In this document: positions 40,107-51,090 of the stretch, piece after piece
Layout: every line of letters starts with the position of its first letter
Position numbering within the stretch: position 1 is the first letter of the stretch
Source: an uncultured Acidimicrobiales bacterium
GTDB lineage: Bacteria; Actinomycetota; Acidimicrobiia; Acidimicrobiales; UBA10347
Direction of reading: 5' to 3'
DNA length: 64,000 nt
Assembly (NCBI GenBank): GCA_943788915.1
Contig: CALSSD010000010.1
Span: 62,001 to 126,000, forward strand
The notes under the pieces: generated by a model
Seen by the model: only the letters and a program-made list of their open reading frames with translations
Told to the model about the DNA's origin: nothing
The model's database searches: none
Translations under genes and position numbers: made by a program

Positions 40107-42718
40107 TGAGAGTCTCCTTGAAGTGGGGTTTGATCAACGGAATTGGTCGGGTTGAAGGACTGAGCTCGACCTGAATCGACGCCCTCACGGAAGCGCTGCA
40201 ATGAAGAACGAACCTCTTCTGGGCTACGTCGGGTCGTGCCTGCACGCTGTTCCCGCACTGCCGCATCGACCGCTTCAGGGGCACCTTCTTGGCCGCGGCG
40301 TCGGCGGCGGAAGCCGGATGGCGTCGTTTCGGCGATGCCAGCCTCCTCAGCCGAGGTGGCTGGTGCTTCAGCAGCTACTGCGGCGACGATTGCGAATTCG
40401 GGCTGATCTGTGATCATCTCAGCCGAAACCGCTGCGGGGACAGGCGCTGGAGCAGGAGCTGGAACCTGCTCCGACTCACTTGGTGGGAAAGCGGCTACTG
40501 GATCGGTGCTCAGGGGCCGTGCGTCTTCAGGAAGATCCGCAAGCAGCGCCAACTCAAGCTCGGCAATCTTGGCTGCGTCCGAGTCCGTAGGCGGCGCAGC
40601 GATGTCCATGTCCGGCGCAGTGGCGGGTGCACGAACTGGTGCCTTTGGTGCTGTTGGTGCTGTTGGATCGATCGAAGCCAGGATCTTGCCTGGGAGCATC
40701 AACTGGGCGGTGAGCCCACCGTACGGCGAGTCGGCGAGCCGCACCCGAATACCGTGGCGCTTTGCCAGATGGCCGACGACGAAGTGGCCCAAGTAGGCCG
40801 ACGGCGCACGATCGAACGCAGCAGGATCGTCGAGGTGAGCATTGGCTGCTGCGAGATCGGCTTCTTCCATGCCGATTCCTCTGTCGAGGATGGCAAGTAG
40901 ATAGCTGTTCTCCCGGCGACGGCCGTGCACCTGGATTGGTGAACCCGGAGGTGAGAACGACGAAGCATTCTCGAGTAGTTCTGCCAGCAAGTGTGCGACA
41001 TTGGAGGCTGCGCTACCTTCGACGAAGGCCTCGTCAAGGCTTGTCAGCTCGATCCGGCTGAAGTCCTCGGTTTCGCCGCCAGCGGCTTGCAGGAGCTGGT
41101 GCATCGAGACAGGCTTCCGGAATCGTCGAGGAGTGTCCTCGCCGGCCAGAACCAAGAGCGATTCTGCGTTGCGTCGCATGCGGGTTGCGAGATGGTCGAG
41201 CTGAAAGAGGCGCTGGAGGGTTTCGGGATTTGTCTCGTTGCCCTCCATCGAGGTGATGTGTTCGAGCTGGCGAGACAACAGGTTCTGGTTGCGTCGGCCG
41301 AGGTTGACGAAGGTCGTTGACACGTTCGTCCGTCGCATCCGGGCCTGTTCAGATGCAAGGTCTGCTGCGGTCTGCTGCACCGTATTGAATGACTGCGCAA
41401 GGTCCTCGACCTCGTCACCCGTGTCGAGTGAGAGGAATTCGAGCTCGGGGAGTTCTTCGCCGGGCTGCAGTGCGTCGATCTGGGCGACCACATTTGGCAG
41501 CGTGATCTCGGCCGCTTTGTTTGCCGCATCGCGCAACTGAGCGATCGGCGAGGTGATCTTGCGAGCAAAGACCAGTGCCATGTACGCCGCAGCCAGGGAA
41601 CCTGCGAGCGCCACCAACACCAGAAGCGCCGTCAGTCTCGACGATGTCGACGAGACCTCACCGGCGAGACCCTCAAGCGGGGTAAGGGCAGAGAAGGCGA
41701 TGGCAGCTGGCTGTTCGACGATGACGGTCCAGCCAAAGCCGTTCAGTTGGGTGCCGCGTTCGCTCCGTAGGGAGGACAATGCCTGGTCAACATGTGCGAA
41801 CCCAGCGACTCCGTCGTCGGAGAGCGAGAAGCCGTCTGCATGTAGCTCGGATGCGTTCGGGGCGAAGACTTCTCGAACCAGCGGCGTCGAGACTGCAGAG
41901 TCGCTTGCCAAGAAGTTCAGGTTCATTATGTGATCGTCGCTGTGACCAGAGCTGGTTTCTGCGAGAAAGCGGCCAGCGTTGTCGACGATCGCGATGTCGT
42001 AGCCGTCGATGCCATCAGCGAAGCGGTCGGTGATGATCTGCACGACGTTCATGTCGAGTGCAGCTTTCAGGACGCCGACTGGTTTGCCTTCGTCCTCAAG
42101 GCGGATGGCGATGTTGACAGCGAATACCTCAGCTGATGCGTCGAACTCGGGTTCGGAAATATCGAGGCCAGTAGTCATTGCACGCTCCCACCACCCTTCA
42201 TCGCTCTGGACAAAGTCCGAGGTTCGGTTCGAGTAGTCCACGTTGTAGCCGTTGACGTCCGTAAGGAAGATCTCCTTGAAAGCGGGCGTACTAGCCACAA
42301 ATTTGAGGAGATCTCGCTCGACGTGCACGTCGTTGAGCCGAGGCTCATCTTGGAAACGGGCTTCGATCTGTTCGATCGTTTGGTCTTGCAGGCCCATGGC
42401 AGCGGCACGGCCGGCAGCACCTTTGGCCGCGGTTGCGAGGCCGACGTCGGTCGCCCACAGCTCAGTGTCAGCGACACGTTCGTCGAGGAAGATCGCCAGT
42501 TCTCGGGCAATTTGATCAGCGACGCTAGCGACCCGGCTGCCGACTACTTCCTCGCTGAGGGTCGAGCGAGCGTCTGTCAACGAGTCGTCTGCAGTGTTCG
42601 ACAGTGATTGCAACGATGCGATTGCTACGCCAGCAATCACGAGCACAGGAACCAGCACGACAAAAAGCGTTCGTGCAAGTAACTTTCCTCTGATTGTTGA
42701 CCAGAATGAGCGTTGCAT
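40103..42718 (-). CDS. cvnA: Conservon membrane sensor (TM-dCache-like-TM-HAMP-HATPase)
   Basis: FVNLGRRNQNLL.RQL, LFQLDHLATRMRRNAESLLVLAG, HLLAELLENA..FS, DRGIGM, LG.FVV..LA.RHG; GGGAGG RBS before ATG 42718. Confidence 0.92.
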   Translation of the reverse strand: MQRSFWSTIRGKLLARTLFVVLVPVLVIAGVAIASLQSLSNTADDSLTDARSTLSEEVVGSRVASVADQIARELAIFLDERVADTELWATDVGLATAAKGAAGRAAAMGLQDQTIEQIEARFQDEPRLNDVHVERDLLKFVASTPAFKEIFLTDVNGYNVDYSNRTSDFVQSDEGWWERAMTTGLDISEPEFDASAEVFAVNIAIRLEDEGKPVGVLKAALDMNVVQIITDRFADGIDGYDIAIVDNAGRFLAETSSGHSDDHIMNLNFLASDSAVSTPLVREVFAPNASELHADGFSLSDDGVAGFAHVDQALSSLRSERGTQLNGFGWTVIVEQPAAIAFSALTPLEGLAGEVSSTSSRLTALLVLVALAGSLAAAYMALVFARKITSPIAQLRDAANKAAEITLPNVVAQIDALQPGEELPELEFLSLDTGDEVEDLAQSFNTVQQTAADLASEQARMRRTNVSTTFVNLGRRNQNLLSRQLEHITSMEGNETNPETLQRLFQLDHLATRMRRNAESLLVLAGEDTPRRFRKPVSMHQLLQAAGGETEDFSRIELTSLDEAFVEGSAASNVAHLLAELLENASSFSPPGSPIQVHGRRRENSYLLAILDRGIGMEEADLAAANAHLDDPAAFDRAPSAYLGHFVVGHLAKRHGIRVRLADSPYGGLTAQLMLPGKILASIDPTAPTAPKAPVRAPATAPDMDIAAPPTDSDAAKIAELELALLADLPEDARPLSTDPVAAFPPSESEQVPAPAPAPVPAAVSAEMITDQPEFAIVAAVAAEAPATSAEEAGIAETTPSGFRRRRRGQEGAPEAVDAAVREQRAGTTRRSPEEVRSSLQRFREGVDSGRAQSFNPTNSVDQTPLQGDSQ

Positions 42719-43553
42719 CTGAGGCCTCCCTTGACTAGTTCTGCAGAGATCCACCATCAACACGAAGTGCGCCTGATTGGTGGCTCCGTTCCTGTCGACA
42801 GCCGCAATCACCTATTTGAGGCATTTGGCGACAATGGCTAATATGACTTACACGCGGGGCCGGTGGGGTAGGGGCCATGTTTCGTGCTCACGCGGCCTCG
42901 AGAAGGGGCCACGACTGGCCCAGAGCTGCGATTGCAATGCCAACAAAACATTGATACCGCGCCGAATGTCACCAGTCGGACACGTGGTGGGTCGGCGATA
43001 ATGCCTGGCTCGAATTCGAGCGTAGAAGCCTGGTTCGAATGGGCCAGATTGGACGTCGGCCGTGTCGGGCATGAGACATTTTGACCAGTGGCGACGCCTC
43101 CCCACGCGACGGGGCCCGAAGGCGCCTCGTCGAACAGAGGCTGCAGATCGGCGAGCCGTAAGGCTCAATGGCTTTGTTAGAACGGGCTTTGTAAGAACGA
43201 ACGAATCGGCACCACGATTGGAGCTACCAGCTGGCCAACAGGCATCGCTCCATCGGATCGTCGTCGGAGCGTTTGCGCACGCCAAGCCGGGGTGCAATAG
43301 CGGTGATATCGGAAGCTCCCATTGGGGGCAGAGCGATCGCCCTGCCGGACATGCCCTGTGTGATCGACCCGGCGATGATCTATGGTTTGCCACGGAAGGT
43401 TGCGCACAAAAGCTGCAGCAGATCTCGATCTGCGGGCTCCGTCCAGCTCGCCCGCTCCAAGATTGGTGCTTGGGTGAGTGGCGCTTGTGACGGGCAGGCA
43501 AATAGATCAGCCCAAGGAATTCGCTCAATATCTCCTGCTCTCGTGCTCTCCTG

Positions 43554-44362
43554 CTAACTGAGTACCCAGCCAAGAATGAGCCAGATGACGAGCGGGATGG
43601 TGGCGATCGCAGCCAGCCCCAACGTCGACCTGAGTGCGGTGCGCGACACCGAGGCCACAATGCCTTCGGTCTTGTCTCGGGCCTGGCGATAGTCGTCGGT
43701 AAGCGCTTTCACCGCGGAGGTTGCGGCCAAATCTTCCCCGATGCCGTCGGTCATTTGGCCGACCTCCCGGTCATGAAGCGACTTGATCGCGTTGATTACC
43801 GACTTCTGCACCATGTTCAGTGGCTCCTGGGTGAGACTCGATGAGAATCTACCGAGCGGCCCCATCGCTGTTTCGGCAGTTGCGTTCAAGGTGCCGAATA
43901 CCGCTGGAAGAGTGCGTTCTCGAGCAAACCAATGGCGACACCTTGCACCGATGTGCCCGAGTGTCCGTCCTTGACCAGAATGATGTCGGCATGCATTTCG
44001 CCTGCGACGTCGACGAGTCGGTTCGAGGCATCGGCGACGAGATCTAGACGTTTCCGGGTTACAAAGAATCCGGCAATCACCACCGAACCGAAGAACGACA
44101 GCATGAAGGCCACGAGTGCGAACGGGATAAAGGCCACGGTGCTCATCCGGCCGCCAAAGACGATCCAGGTCGCAATTGCGATGACAACAGGAAGTATCGG
44201 CAGAACCCTGAGCGCCTGGCCAATGGCCCCTGGTGCGTCAACGATTGATCGAATGTCGTTGCCAAGCTGGTCGAGTCCGTATTTTGTGAAGTCGATACCG
44301 GTCGTTTGGTCAACCGGCGACGGTGGTTCGCTTGGACTCTGTTTGTTGCTGAACCACCCCAC
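43554..44362 (-). CDS. Hypothetical membrane protein, -1 frameshift near 43905
   Basis: Track ORFs 43886..44362 and 43554..43889 join (LFPAVFGTLNATAE) if one C is added to a C run; three TM segments. Confidence 0.65.
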
Positions 44363-44365
44363 GGC

Positions 44366-45247
44366 CTAGAGCCCGTCGCTTAGAGGCCACAAGTCAGGAA
44401 ACTTGGCGCCCCGTTTTTCGATGGAGGCGGTGAATGCCTCGGCCATGTCATCGGTGTCGAACATGGCGGCGTTCCAGTTGGCGATGAATTCCAAGCCGTC
44501 GGCCACCGAGTGGTCGCGGGTGTAATGCATGGTCTGTTTGGTACCCCACACGGCCATGGGGCTTTTGGAAGCGATCTCGCCTGCCACGTTCATGACCGCA
44601 TCGAGCAGGGTCTCGTGGTCCGGGTAGACCTCGTTCACGAAACCAGCGGCCTTGGCTTCTTGGGCGCTCCAACGGCGCCCGGTATAGGCCAGTTCCCGCA
44701 CGATGCCCTCGGGAACGAGCTTGGGCATGCGCTGCAAGGTGCCCACGTCGGCGGTCATGCCAATGTTGATCTCATGGATGCTGAACCAGGCGTTCTCGGT
44801 GGTGTACCGCATGTCGGTGGCCGACACCATGTCGATGCCGCCGCCGACACACGCGCCTTGGATCGCAGACAACACCGGCATACGAGCCCGTTCCAGGGCG
44901 GTGAAGGTGTCTTGCAGTTTCAGCGCGGTGCTGCGAAAATGTTCATTTCGTCGGCTGCGGTAGCCCTTGGTCTTCGCCCCGTCACCTGCTCCGCCGATGG
45001 CTTCCCCACCGATGGCTTCACTGTTGCCAAAGACCTCGAGGTCCATGCCCGAGCAGAAGTTCCGGCCTTCGGCCGCGAGCACCACGGCCCGCACGTTGCC
45101 GCCATTGGAGAGTTCATCGACGATTGTAGGAAGTTCGGTCCAGAACGACGGGATCATCGAGTTGCTGCGTTCGGGGCGGATCATCGTGACCATCCCAACC
45201 TTGTCGATTACCTCTACTCGGAAACACTCGTGTGTCTTGTTAGTCAT
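44366..45247 (-). CDS. Enoyl-CoA hydratase / dienoyl-CoA isomerase-like crotonase
   Basis: FCSGMDL, GACVGGGID, E..IG.TADVGTLQR. Confidence 0.92.
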   Translation of the reverse strand: MTNKTHECFRVEVIDKVGMVTMIRPERSNSMIPSFWTELPTIVDELSNGGNVRAVVLAAEGRNFCSGMDLEVFGNSEAIGGEAIGGAGDGAKTKGYRSRRNEHFRSTALKLQDTFTALERARMPVLSAIQGACVGGGIDMVSATDMRYTTENAWFSIHEINIGMTADVGTLQRMPKLVPEGIVRELAYTGRRWSAQEAKAAGFVNEVYPDHETLLDAVMNVAGEIASKSPMAVWGTKQTMHYTRDHSVADGLEFIANWNAAMFDTDDMAEAFTASIEKRGAKFPDLWPLSDGL

Positions 45248-45298
45248 GTGACGAGGATATGCGAGACTCGCTCACACGTACCGGCTAGGGGGAAAGCC

Positions 45299-46486
45299 AT
45301 GGGAGCACTTGATGGAGTCCGCGTCCTCGACGCTGGTTTGCTGATTCAGGGTCCGCAAGCGGCACAAACGCTGGCGGATATGGGTGCGGACGTGATCAAG
45401 GTCGAGCTGCCCGGTATGGGTGACCAGGGTCGGTGGATCCCCATCGGACCTCAGGATGAACGTGCGCCGTACTTCATTGGAAACAACCGGGGTAAACGCA
45501 GCGTGACTATGGACCTGCGCATCCCCGAAGGCGCCGAAGTCTTCTTGAAGTTGGTCGAGACGGCGGATGTGGTGATCTCCAACTTCAAGGCAGGCACACT
45601 CGACGACTGGGGTGTGGGCTATGAAGACGCTGTCAAACGTAACCCTCGGATCATCTACGGCATGGGCACGACCTTTGGGCCAGCGGGCCCTGCGGCTGCG
45701 AGAGAAGGCGCTGATCTTGCCGGGCAAGCAGCTGGCGGGCTGATCAGCACGACCGGTACCGACGAGACCGGCCCCACACCCGTTGGTGCGACCATCGCCG
45801 ATCACATCGGCTGTCAGAACATGGCTATTGGTGTGCTCGGTGCACTGATGGCTCGGGAACGCACGGGCCGAGGCCAACGGGTCGACGTGTCGCTCGTAGG
45901 AAGTCAGCTGTATGCGCAATGCGCCGAGTACACCGCGTTCTTTTTGAGTGGTGTGCAGCAGAGGCCATCGAACTATGGGCATCCGTTGCTGCATTCGTTC
46001 TATGGCATCCTCGAAACCTTTGATGGGTGGATTGCCTTGGTCGGAGTCACTCCCGATAAACGAGAAGCCTTCGGTGCCGTAGTCGGCATGCCCGGACTCA
46101 CCGACGATCCGCGATTCCAGCCTCGTGTTCTTACCGGTCCGGACCGCAAGGCGTTGTTCGAAATACTGGCGCCGACGTTCCGCACGAAGTCCAGCCACGA
46201 GTGGGGCGTGATCCTCGAATCGATCGGGTGCCGGTGGGCGCCAGTGAACGACTATGAGGCAGCAGCCGCCGACGAACACAACTGGATCAATGGGTATCTG
46301 CAAGAGGTTGAGCATCCCGAATGGGGCACGGTGCGTATGGTTGGCTCACCAATCCAGATGTCGGATACACCGGTCGTGCCCGGCAAGTTTGCCCCTGAAC
46401 TAGGTGCCGACACCGAACTCATGCTCGTCGAGCTCGGATACGACTGGGATCAGATCAGTGCTATGCGCGAGTCTGGCGCCATCTGA
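45299..46486 (+). CDS. Family III CoA-transferase (CaiB/BaiF)
   Basis: LADMGADVIKVE, NRGKRS, ADV..SNF, P.LG; start trimmed to MGALDG. Confidence 0.92.
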   Translation: MGALDGVRVLDAGLLIQGPQAAQTLADMGADVIKVELPGMGDQGRWIPIGPQDERAPYFIGNNRGKRSVTMDLRIPEGAEVFLKLVETADVVISNFKAGTLDDWGVGYEDAVKRNPRIIYGMGTTFGPAGPAAAREGADLAGQAAGGLISTTGTDETGPTPVGATIADHIGCQNMAIGVLGALMARERTGRGQRVDVSLVGSQLYAQCAEYTAFFLSGVQQRPSNYGHPLLHSFYGILETFDGWIALVGVTPDKREAFGAVVGMPGLTDDPRFQPRVLTGPDRKALFEILAPTFRTKSSHEWGVILESIGCRWAPVNDYEAAAADEHNWINGYLQEVEHPEWGTVRMVGSPIQMSDTPVVPGKFAPELGADTELMLVELGYDWDQISAMRESGAI

Positions 46487-46507
46487 TCTTCACCAAGGGG
46501 AACCAAC

Positions 46508-47401
46508 ATGTCACAACTTCCTGCTCTCTCACTGGCCGCAGTGCCGAGCCGTCGAGCCCGCACCATCGAACTGGCAAAGGAGATCGAGAGCCGCGGCTTC
46601 TCCGGTATCTATTGTCCGAGCCTGGGCGATGCGCTCGGGTTGTGCCTATCGATGGCCCACGAAACCTCGACCATCGAGTTCGGTACCTCGATCGTGAATA
46701 TCTATGCCCGCAACGTCCTCGACTATGCCGCCACTGCGTCGTACATCAACGAGATCAGCGAGGGTCGGTTCCGATTCGGTATCGGTGTGAGCCATGCGCC
46801 GGCAAACAAGCAGTTGGGCGTGAACCCGGGCAAACCACTGGGCGATATTCGCGAGTTCGTGGAGACCATGCGGGCCCAACCCAGGATCACGCTTCCACCC
46901 ATCACGCTAGCCACGATGCGAGACAAGATGATCTCGACCGCAACCGAGATCGGCGAGGGCATGGTGTTCGCCAACGCTGCCCGCTCGGCCATGCCAGGCT
47001 CACTTGAGCGCATGCCCGATGTCGGCGACGATTTCTGGATCGGGAACATGATCCCGACGTGTATCTCCGATGATCGGGAAGCTGCAGCTGCGGTGAACCG
47101 CAAGACGCTGCAGTTCTATGTCGCCCTGCCGAACTATCGCAACTACTGGAAGCAGAACGGTTACCAGGAAGAGATGGAAGCCGTCGAGGCTGCGCTCGCG
47201 GCGAAAGACCGGGCGGCTATCCCTGGTCTGTTGACCGACAAATGGTTGAGTGATGTCACGTTGTACGGCTCGGCCGACGAAGTTCGAGAAGGCCTGCAAG
47301 CGTGGTACGACACGGGACTGAAGACACCAATCCTGGTGCCGTCATCTGCGTCGGGTGGCCAGTTCGAGGCTTTCGAAGAAGTCTTCGCGCTCTTTGACTA
47401 A
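46508..47401 (+). CDS. LLM-class flavin-dependent oxidoreductase
   Basis: FGTSIVNIY.R, GRF.FGIGVSH, LPNYRNYW. Confidence 0.88.
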   Translation: MSQLPALSLAAVPSRRARTIELAKEIESRGFSGIYCPSLGDALGLCLSMAHETSTIEFGTSIVNIYARNVLDYAATASYINEISEGRFRFGIGVSHAPANKQLGVNPGKPLGDIREFVETMRAQPRITLPPITLATMRDKMISTATEIGEGMVFANAARSAMPGSLERMPDVGDDFWIGNMIPTCISDDREAAAAVNRKTLQFYVALPNYRNYWKQNGYQEEMEAVEAALAAKDRAAIPGLLTDKWLSDVTLYGSADEVREGLQAWYDTGLKTPILVPSSASGGQFEAFEEVFALFD

Positions 47402-47532
47402 CACGTTTTGATCCGTGCTCGAACGGATCCCGAAATCGGACGGGCTCATGTCCGATCCCATCACCAACGCCGGTTGTGCGGCCGCGACAGATCAGGCGTT
47501 TCGTGTCAGATGCCGATCTGCCAGATGGTGCA

Positions 47533-47937
47533 CTACCGGGTCTCGAACATGCCGTCGACGCCGCCGAGGCCGTTGGACACGTCGTCGGTGGAATGTGGCG
47601 CTTCGAGCGACACCACGACTTCGCCGTCGACTCGTGCCACCTTGTAACACCACACACCTTCCCACGCTGGTGGTCCGCCATGGCTGCCATCGCGAATGTC
47701 GAAGCTCGCGCCGTGCAGCGGGCACGTGATGTGCCAGCCCCGGAGTTGTCCTTCGCTGAGCGGTGTGTCGGCGTGTGAGCAGTTGTCTTCGAGCGCGTAG
47801 ATCTCGCCCTGCACATTGCACACCACGATGCCGTACTCGCCGATTTCCTCGAACGCTCTCGACTCTCCATCAACAAGATCCTCAAGCGGACCGAGCACAT
47901 GGTTTGAAGCGTCACCGTGGGTTGAAGCTTTGGTCAT
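47533..47937 (-). CDS. Rieske-type [2Fe-2S] ferredoxin
   Basis: CSH...CPLHG..FD...G. Confidence 0.88.
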   Translation of the reverse strand: MTKASTHGDASNHVLGPLEDLVDGESRAFEEIGEYGIVVCNVQGEIYALEDNCSHADTPLSEGQLRGWHITCPLHGASFDIRDGSHGGPPAWEGVWCYKVARVDGEVVVSLEAPHSTDDVSNGLGGVDGMFETR

Positions 47938-48122
47938 TCGGTAGGTCCCATTGCTAGAGGCCGATCGATGTTGTCGGGGAAGTACTTGATGCACCGGGCA
48001 AGAAGTTCAGTCGGGCGCCGGTTCTTAACTGATCACCGTGGTTGGCGCAAGCGGGGCAGCGGCTAGTAGGCGAGCCGATTTCGGCGGTGAAAACCTGAGA
48101 CCAGTAGCGACTCCTGCGTGTA

Positions 48123-49123
48123 TCACGACCCGGATAGGCAGCCTGTGATAGCGGTGGCGTAGGTACACGGGATAGCGGTCGGTGAAGGGGCGGGCTCGCT
48201 GCCGGGATAGGCAGGGCATGCTGAGTCGGCCGGTCTCGCCGGTCTCGACGTAGCGCCAGAAGATAGAGAAGACGCCGTCGTCGCTGCCGAACGCGTTGGT
48301 CTGTGTGTCGCCGGTTGTTGCTGGGCCGATGATGATGAGAGCGTCGGTCGGCTCGAACTCGTACTGCAATCGGAGGGGAACGTCGGCTGGGGTCCATGTG
48401 GTGGTGACTCGCATGACATCGCCGGCCCTGGCCGCAGCCAACTCGACTTGGGTATCCACCGAGGAGACAGAACACGCAACTTGCAGTGTTGCCACGACCT
48501 CGGCGACGGTGACCGTGCCGCATGTTGCCGACAAGGTCGCGCCGGTTGTTGCGTTGGTTCCGGCCAAGGTGATGGTGTACGTGCCAGCCTGGGCGTAGCT
48601 GATGTCGCCGCTGACCGGCGAGGTAGCGAGAGTGCCGTTGCCGAAGTTCCAGGTGAACTGGAAACCGGCAGCAGCCTCGGGAGGAACCGTGACGGCTGCG
48701 AGCGGTCCGAACGTTTGGTCGGTGTCGGCGGTTGCAGGGACGCCGCTGCAGGAGACGGTCGCAGTGCTTGGATCGGGAGTCGCCGTGGGTGCCGGTCCAG
48801 GAGGAGTTGTTGGCACTGCGGTCGCAGTTGGCGTGGTTGTTGCTCGGCACGGCGGTAGCCGCTGGAGCTGGAGCCGGGTCTGGCACTGTCAGTGCGGTTG
48901 GCGTCGGAGCTGGCCCTGCAACGGTTGTGGGATCCACCGGCTGTGTCTCAGGTGAGGACGTGGGGACCCCGGTCTGGGTTGCGACCACACCCTCGTTGCC
49001 GGTGGCTACCTCGGGGCCGTCGTCGGAGAGGGCGCCATAAGCAACAAAACCTGCCACTCCGATGATGGCTGCGGGAATGAAAAGTGCCAAGGCGAGCTTC
49101 CACCCGTGCAATCGTTGATCCAT
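48123..49123 (-). CDS. Membrane-anchored PKD-domain protein with Pro/Thr-rich linker, two frameshifts (near 48844 and 48219)
   Basis: N-terminal [10 protein letters not shown]...Y...GTYTITL PKD motif; probable end ...GCLSGS-TGA at 48123. Confidence 0.65.
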
Positions 49124-49210
49124 AAAATCTACGCTACTTGGCCCGCCTCTCTAGATCAGGGCAGCAAGCCGCCTTTCCCAGATCGCTTCCGAGGCCGTAC
49201 AATTTTGTTT

Positions 49211-51064
49211 GTGCCTGAGTATCGATCAAGAACCACCACCCACGGACGCAACATGGCGGGTGCTCGCGCACTCTGGCGGGCGACCGGTATGCAAGACGAT
49301 GACTTCGAAAAGCCGATCATCGCGATTGCGAACTCGTTCACCCAGTTCGTACCCGGGCACGTACACCTGAAAGATCTTGGACAACTGGTCGCCCGGGAAA
49401 TCGAGGAATATGGCGGCGTGGCCAAGGAGTTCAACACGATCGCTGTCGACGACGGCATCGCGATGGGTCACGGCGGCATGCTCTACAGCCTGCCGTCGCG
49501 CGAACTCATCGCCGATTCGGTTGAGTACATGGTGAACGCACATTGCGCCGATGCGCTGGTGTGCATTTCGAACTGTGACAAGATCACGCCCGGCATGCTC
49601 ATGGCGGCGCTGCGGTTGAACATCCCGGTGGTGTTCGTGAGCGGTGGCCCTATGGAGGCAGGCAAGACCCGGCTGGCTGGCGCCGAAGTGAAGGTCGACC
49701 TGATCTCGGCCATGATGTCAGCTGGCGACAGCAACGTGAGCGACGAAGACGTTGCCGCGATCGAACGGTCGGCTTGCCCGACGTGTGGTTCATGCTCTGG
49801 CATGTTCACTGCGAACTCCATGAATTGCCTGACCGAAGCCTTGGGCCTGTCGTTGCCCGGTAACGGCACCGTGTTGGCAACACACAGCGACCGGGAAGAG
49901 CTCTTCCTGCGGGCTGGTCGCACCATTGTTGATATTGCCAAGCGGTACTACGAGAAAGACGACGACAGCGTTTTGCCCCGCAACATCGCTGGTCGTGGTG
50001 CATTCGAGAACGCGATGGCTCTCGATATCGCTATGGGCGGAAGCACCAACACCGTGCTTCACATCCTGGCAGCTGCCGAAGAGGCGGAGCTCGACTTCAA
50101 GATGGCTGACATCGACGCATTGAGCCGCCGTATGCCGAACGTCTGCAAGGTTGCTCCCTCGGTCGAGCAGTACCACGTCGAAGACGTGCACCGTGCTGGC
50201 GGGATCCTTGGGCTTCTTGGTGAACTGGATCGAGGGGGCCTGATCGATACCAGCCTTCCAACCGTGCACTCGGCATCACTCAAGGCCGCTCTCGATGAGT
50301 GGGACATCATGCGCCCAACCTGCACGTCTGCAGCCAAGGAATTCTTCCGTGCTGGCCCGGCCGGCATTCCCACCCAGGTTGCCTTTAGCCAGAGCACGCG
50401 ATGGGACACACTCGACGACGACCGCAAAAACGGCTGTATTCGTTCGGTCGAGAATGCCTATTCCACCGACGGTGGTCTGGGCGTGCTCTACGGCAATATC
50501 GCGGTCGACGGCTGCATCGTCAAGACCGCAGGCGTCGACGAAACAATCCTGACCTTTAGTGGCCCGGCTCGGGTGTTCGAAAGCCAGGATGCTGCGGTCG
50601 AGGGGATTCTCGACGAGGACATGGTGAACGCTGGCGATGTCATCATCGTTCGGTACGAAGGTCCCAAGGGTGGGCCTGGCATGCAAGAAATGTTGTACCC
50701 CACCACCTACATCAAGAGCCGTGGCCTCGGCAAAGAGTGCGCCCTGCTGACCGATGGTCGTTTCTCGGGCGGCACCTCTGGCCTTTCCATCGGCCATGCG
50801 TCGCCCGAAGCCGCCGCCGGCGGAGCGATTGGTCTGGTCCGCGATGGCGACACGATCTTGATCGACATCCCGAATCGCACGATCAATGTCGACCTCAGCG
50901 ATGAAGAACTCGCCGGTCGTCGGGCCGAAGAAGATGCTCACGGTAAAGAAGCGTGGAAGGCCCGTGGTCGCGAACGCTCCGTGACCCAGGCGCTTATGGC
51001 TTACGCGGCACTCACCACATCTGCTGACCGGGGTGCGGTCCGAGATATCAGCCAACTCGGCTGA
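49211..51064 (+). CDS. ilvD: Dihydroxy-acid dehydratase
   Basis: [59 protein letters not shown] -10 is 7 nt upstream of the GTG. Confidence 0.97.
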   Translation: MPEYRSRTTTHGRNMAGARALWRATGMQDDDFEKPIIAIANSFTQFVPGHVHLKDLGQLVAREIEEYGGVAKEFNTIAVDDGIAMGHGGMLYSLPSRELIADSVEYMVNAHCADALVCISNCDKITPGMLMAALRLNIPVVFVSGGPMEAGKTRLAGAEVKVDLISAMMSAGDSNVSDEDVAAIERSACPTCGSCSGMFTANSMNCLTEALGLSLPGNGTVLATHSDREELFLRAGRTIVDIAKRYYEKDDDSVLPRNIAGRGAFENAMALDIAMGGSTNTVLHILAAAEEAELDFKMADIDALSRRMPNVCKVAPSVEQYHVEDVHRAGGILGLLGELDRGGLIDTSLPTVHSASLKAALDEWDIMRPTCTSAAKEFFRAGPAGIPTQVAFSQSTRWDTLDDDRKNGCIRSVENAYSTDGGLGVLYGNIAVDGCIVKTAGVDETILTFSGPARVFESQDAAVEGILDEDMVNAGDVIIVRYEGPKGGPGMQEMLYPTTYIKSRGLGKECALLTDGRFSGGTSGLSIGHASPEAAAGGAIGLVRDGDTILIDIPNRTINVDLSDEELAGRRAEEDAHGKEAWKARGRERSVTQALMAYAALTTSADRGAVRDISQLG

Positions 51065-51090
51065 GCTCCCGACCCGTATCAGCTGCAGCG

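Noticed and set aside
43153..43200. Group II intron domain V (GAGCCG start)
   Set aside because: The sequence closes as a 5-bp hairpin and lacks the rest of domain V/VI; no reverse transcriptase nearby.
42848..43660. 270 aa minus-strand ORF and 142 aa plus-strand ORF upstream of cvnA
   Set aside because: Arg/Pro/Ser-rich composition with no motifs; the longer one overlaps another gene.
44510..45298. N-terminal extension of the 658 aa CoA-transferase ORF, and similar long extensions at 1863..3242, 17671..19794, 34432..35403 and 53102..53980
   Set aside because: The extensions overlap well-supported genes; they are open-frame shadows typical of high-GC DNA.
47410..47456. ncRNA from two adjacent hairpins
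   Set aside because: They lie between convergent genes and are adequately explained as terminators.
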